From the NCBI GenBank assembly GCA_039545335.1, contig BCIN01000006.1, forward strand, positions 1,358,943 through 1,378,942: a stretch of DNA of 20,000 bases, in the 5' to 3' direction. The position numbers and the translations under genes were made by a program. Under the pieces are notes generated by a model, which saw only the letters and a list, made by a program, of their open reading frames with translations, was not told where the DNA came from and ran no database searches. Position 1 is the first letter of the stretch. The number at the start of each line of letters is the position of its first letter. Below are positions 19,698 to 20,000 of this stretch, piece by piece. This DNA is from Kondoa subrosea. Its lineage: Eukaryota.

Positions 19698-20000
19698 TTA
19701 GACTTGACCAAACTTCCGTAGACCCATTGACATGCGATGTTTGACAACGGTTTCTCTTGGCAAGGCTTTGGTAAGAATGTCGGCAATCATGTCGGCTGCC
19801 GGACAATGAGTGATGTCCATGTCACCAGCTTCAATTTTCTCTCGAATAAAATGATGATGAATGGCGATGTGCTTGGTGCGATCGCGCATACCAGGATTGT
19901 GACATAGACAGATGTTGCCATAGTTGTCATTCTTCAGAGGCAGAGGACCAATGACAGGACGCTGTAAGTTTGATAAGAGCAACTTCTTCCAGATAGCTTG
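19698..20000 (-). mobile_element. Ty1/copia retrotransposon pol C-terminus (RNase H), truncated by window end
   Basis: QAIWKKLLLSNL..DNYGNICLCHNP..RTKHIAIHHHFIRE..MIADILTKALPR matches the copia RNase H consensus DN..A..NP..H.RTKHID...HF.RE..ADILTKAL. Some substitutions (KHIA for KHID) suggest decay. Confidence 0.95.

Noticed and set aside
17434..19806. ORFs 17434-17763, 17546-17746, 19403-19786 and 19492-19806 with mutually similar peptides
   Set aside because: These are translations of the two non-coding LTR copies, not a gene family.
1..20000. tRNA, rRNA, snoRNA, riboswitch or CRISPR features
   Set aside because: None recognisable. The introns are too short (about 45-80 nt) to host typical snoRNAs. 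A covariance-model search would be needed to exclude ncRNAs in 4760-4960 and 7950-8100.

Overview
Gene-dense fungal genomic DNA with many ~45-65 nt spliceosomal introns. The style suggests a basidiomycete, but the taxon cannot be fixed from this window. Apparently intact genes: the 3' end of ADE4 (+), CWF18/CCDC12 (-), SEN34 (+), CBF5 (-), COQ2 (-) and an 18-intron class V myosin MYO2 (+), packed with 69-150 bp spacers. Two loci look decayed. (1) The ~3 kb between CBF5 and COQ2 holds an intronless 322-codon ORF plus upstream stop-ridden frames. By eye these align colinearly with the UME-FAT-kinase-FATC architecture of the ATR/Mec1/Rad3 checkpoint kinase, but with many internal deletions and no catalytic DRHxxN/DF motifs. 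This is the most interesting signal and rests on recalled consensus, not a search. (2) NCA2 carries two frameshifts and a 16-nt duplication next to its start codon. A hAT-like terminal fragment lies just past the COQ2 stop. The last 2.6 kb is retrotransposon debris: two related copia-type LTRs flanking a degenerate Ty3/gypsy pol fragment, then a Ty1/copia RNase H end.
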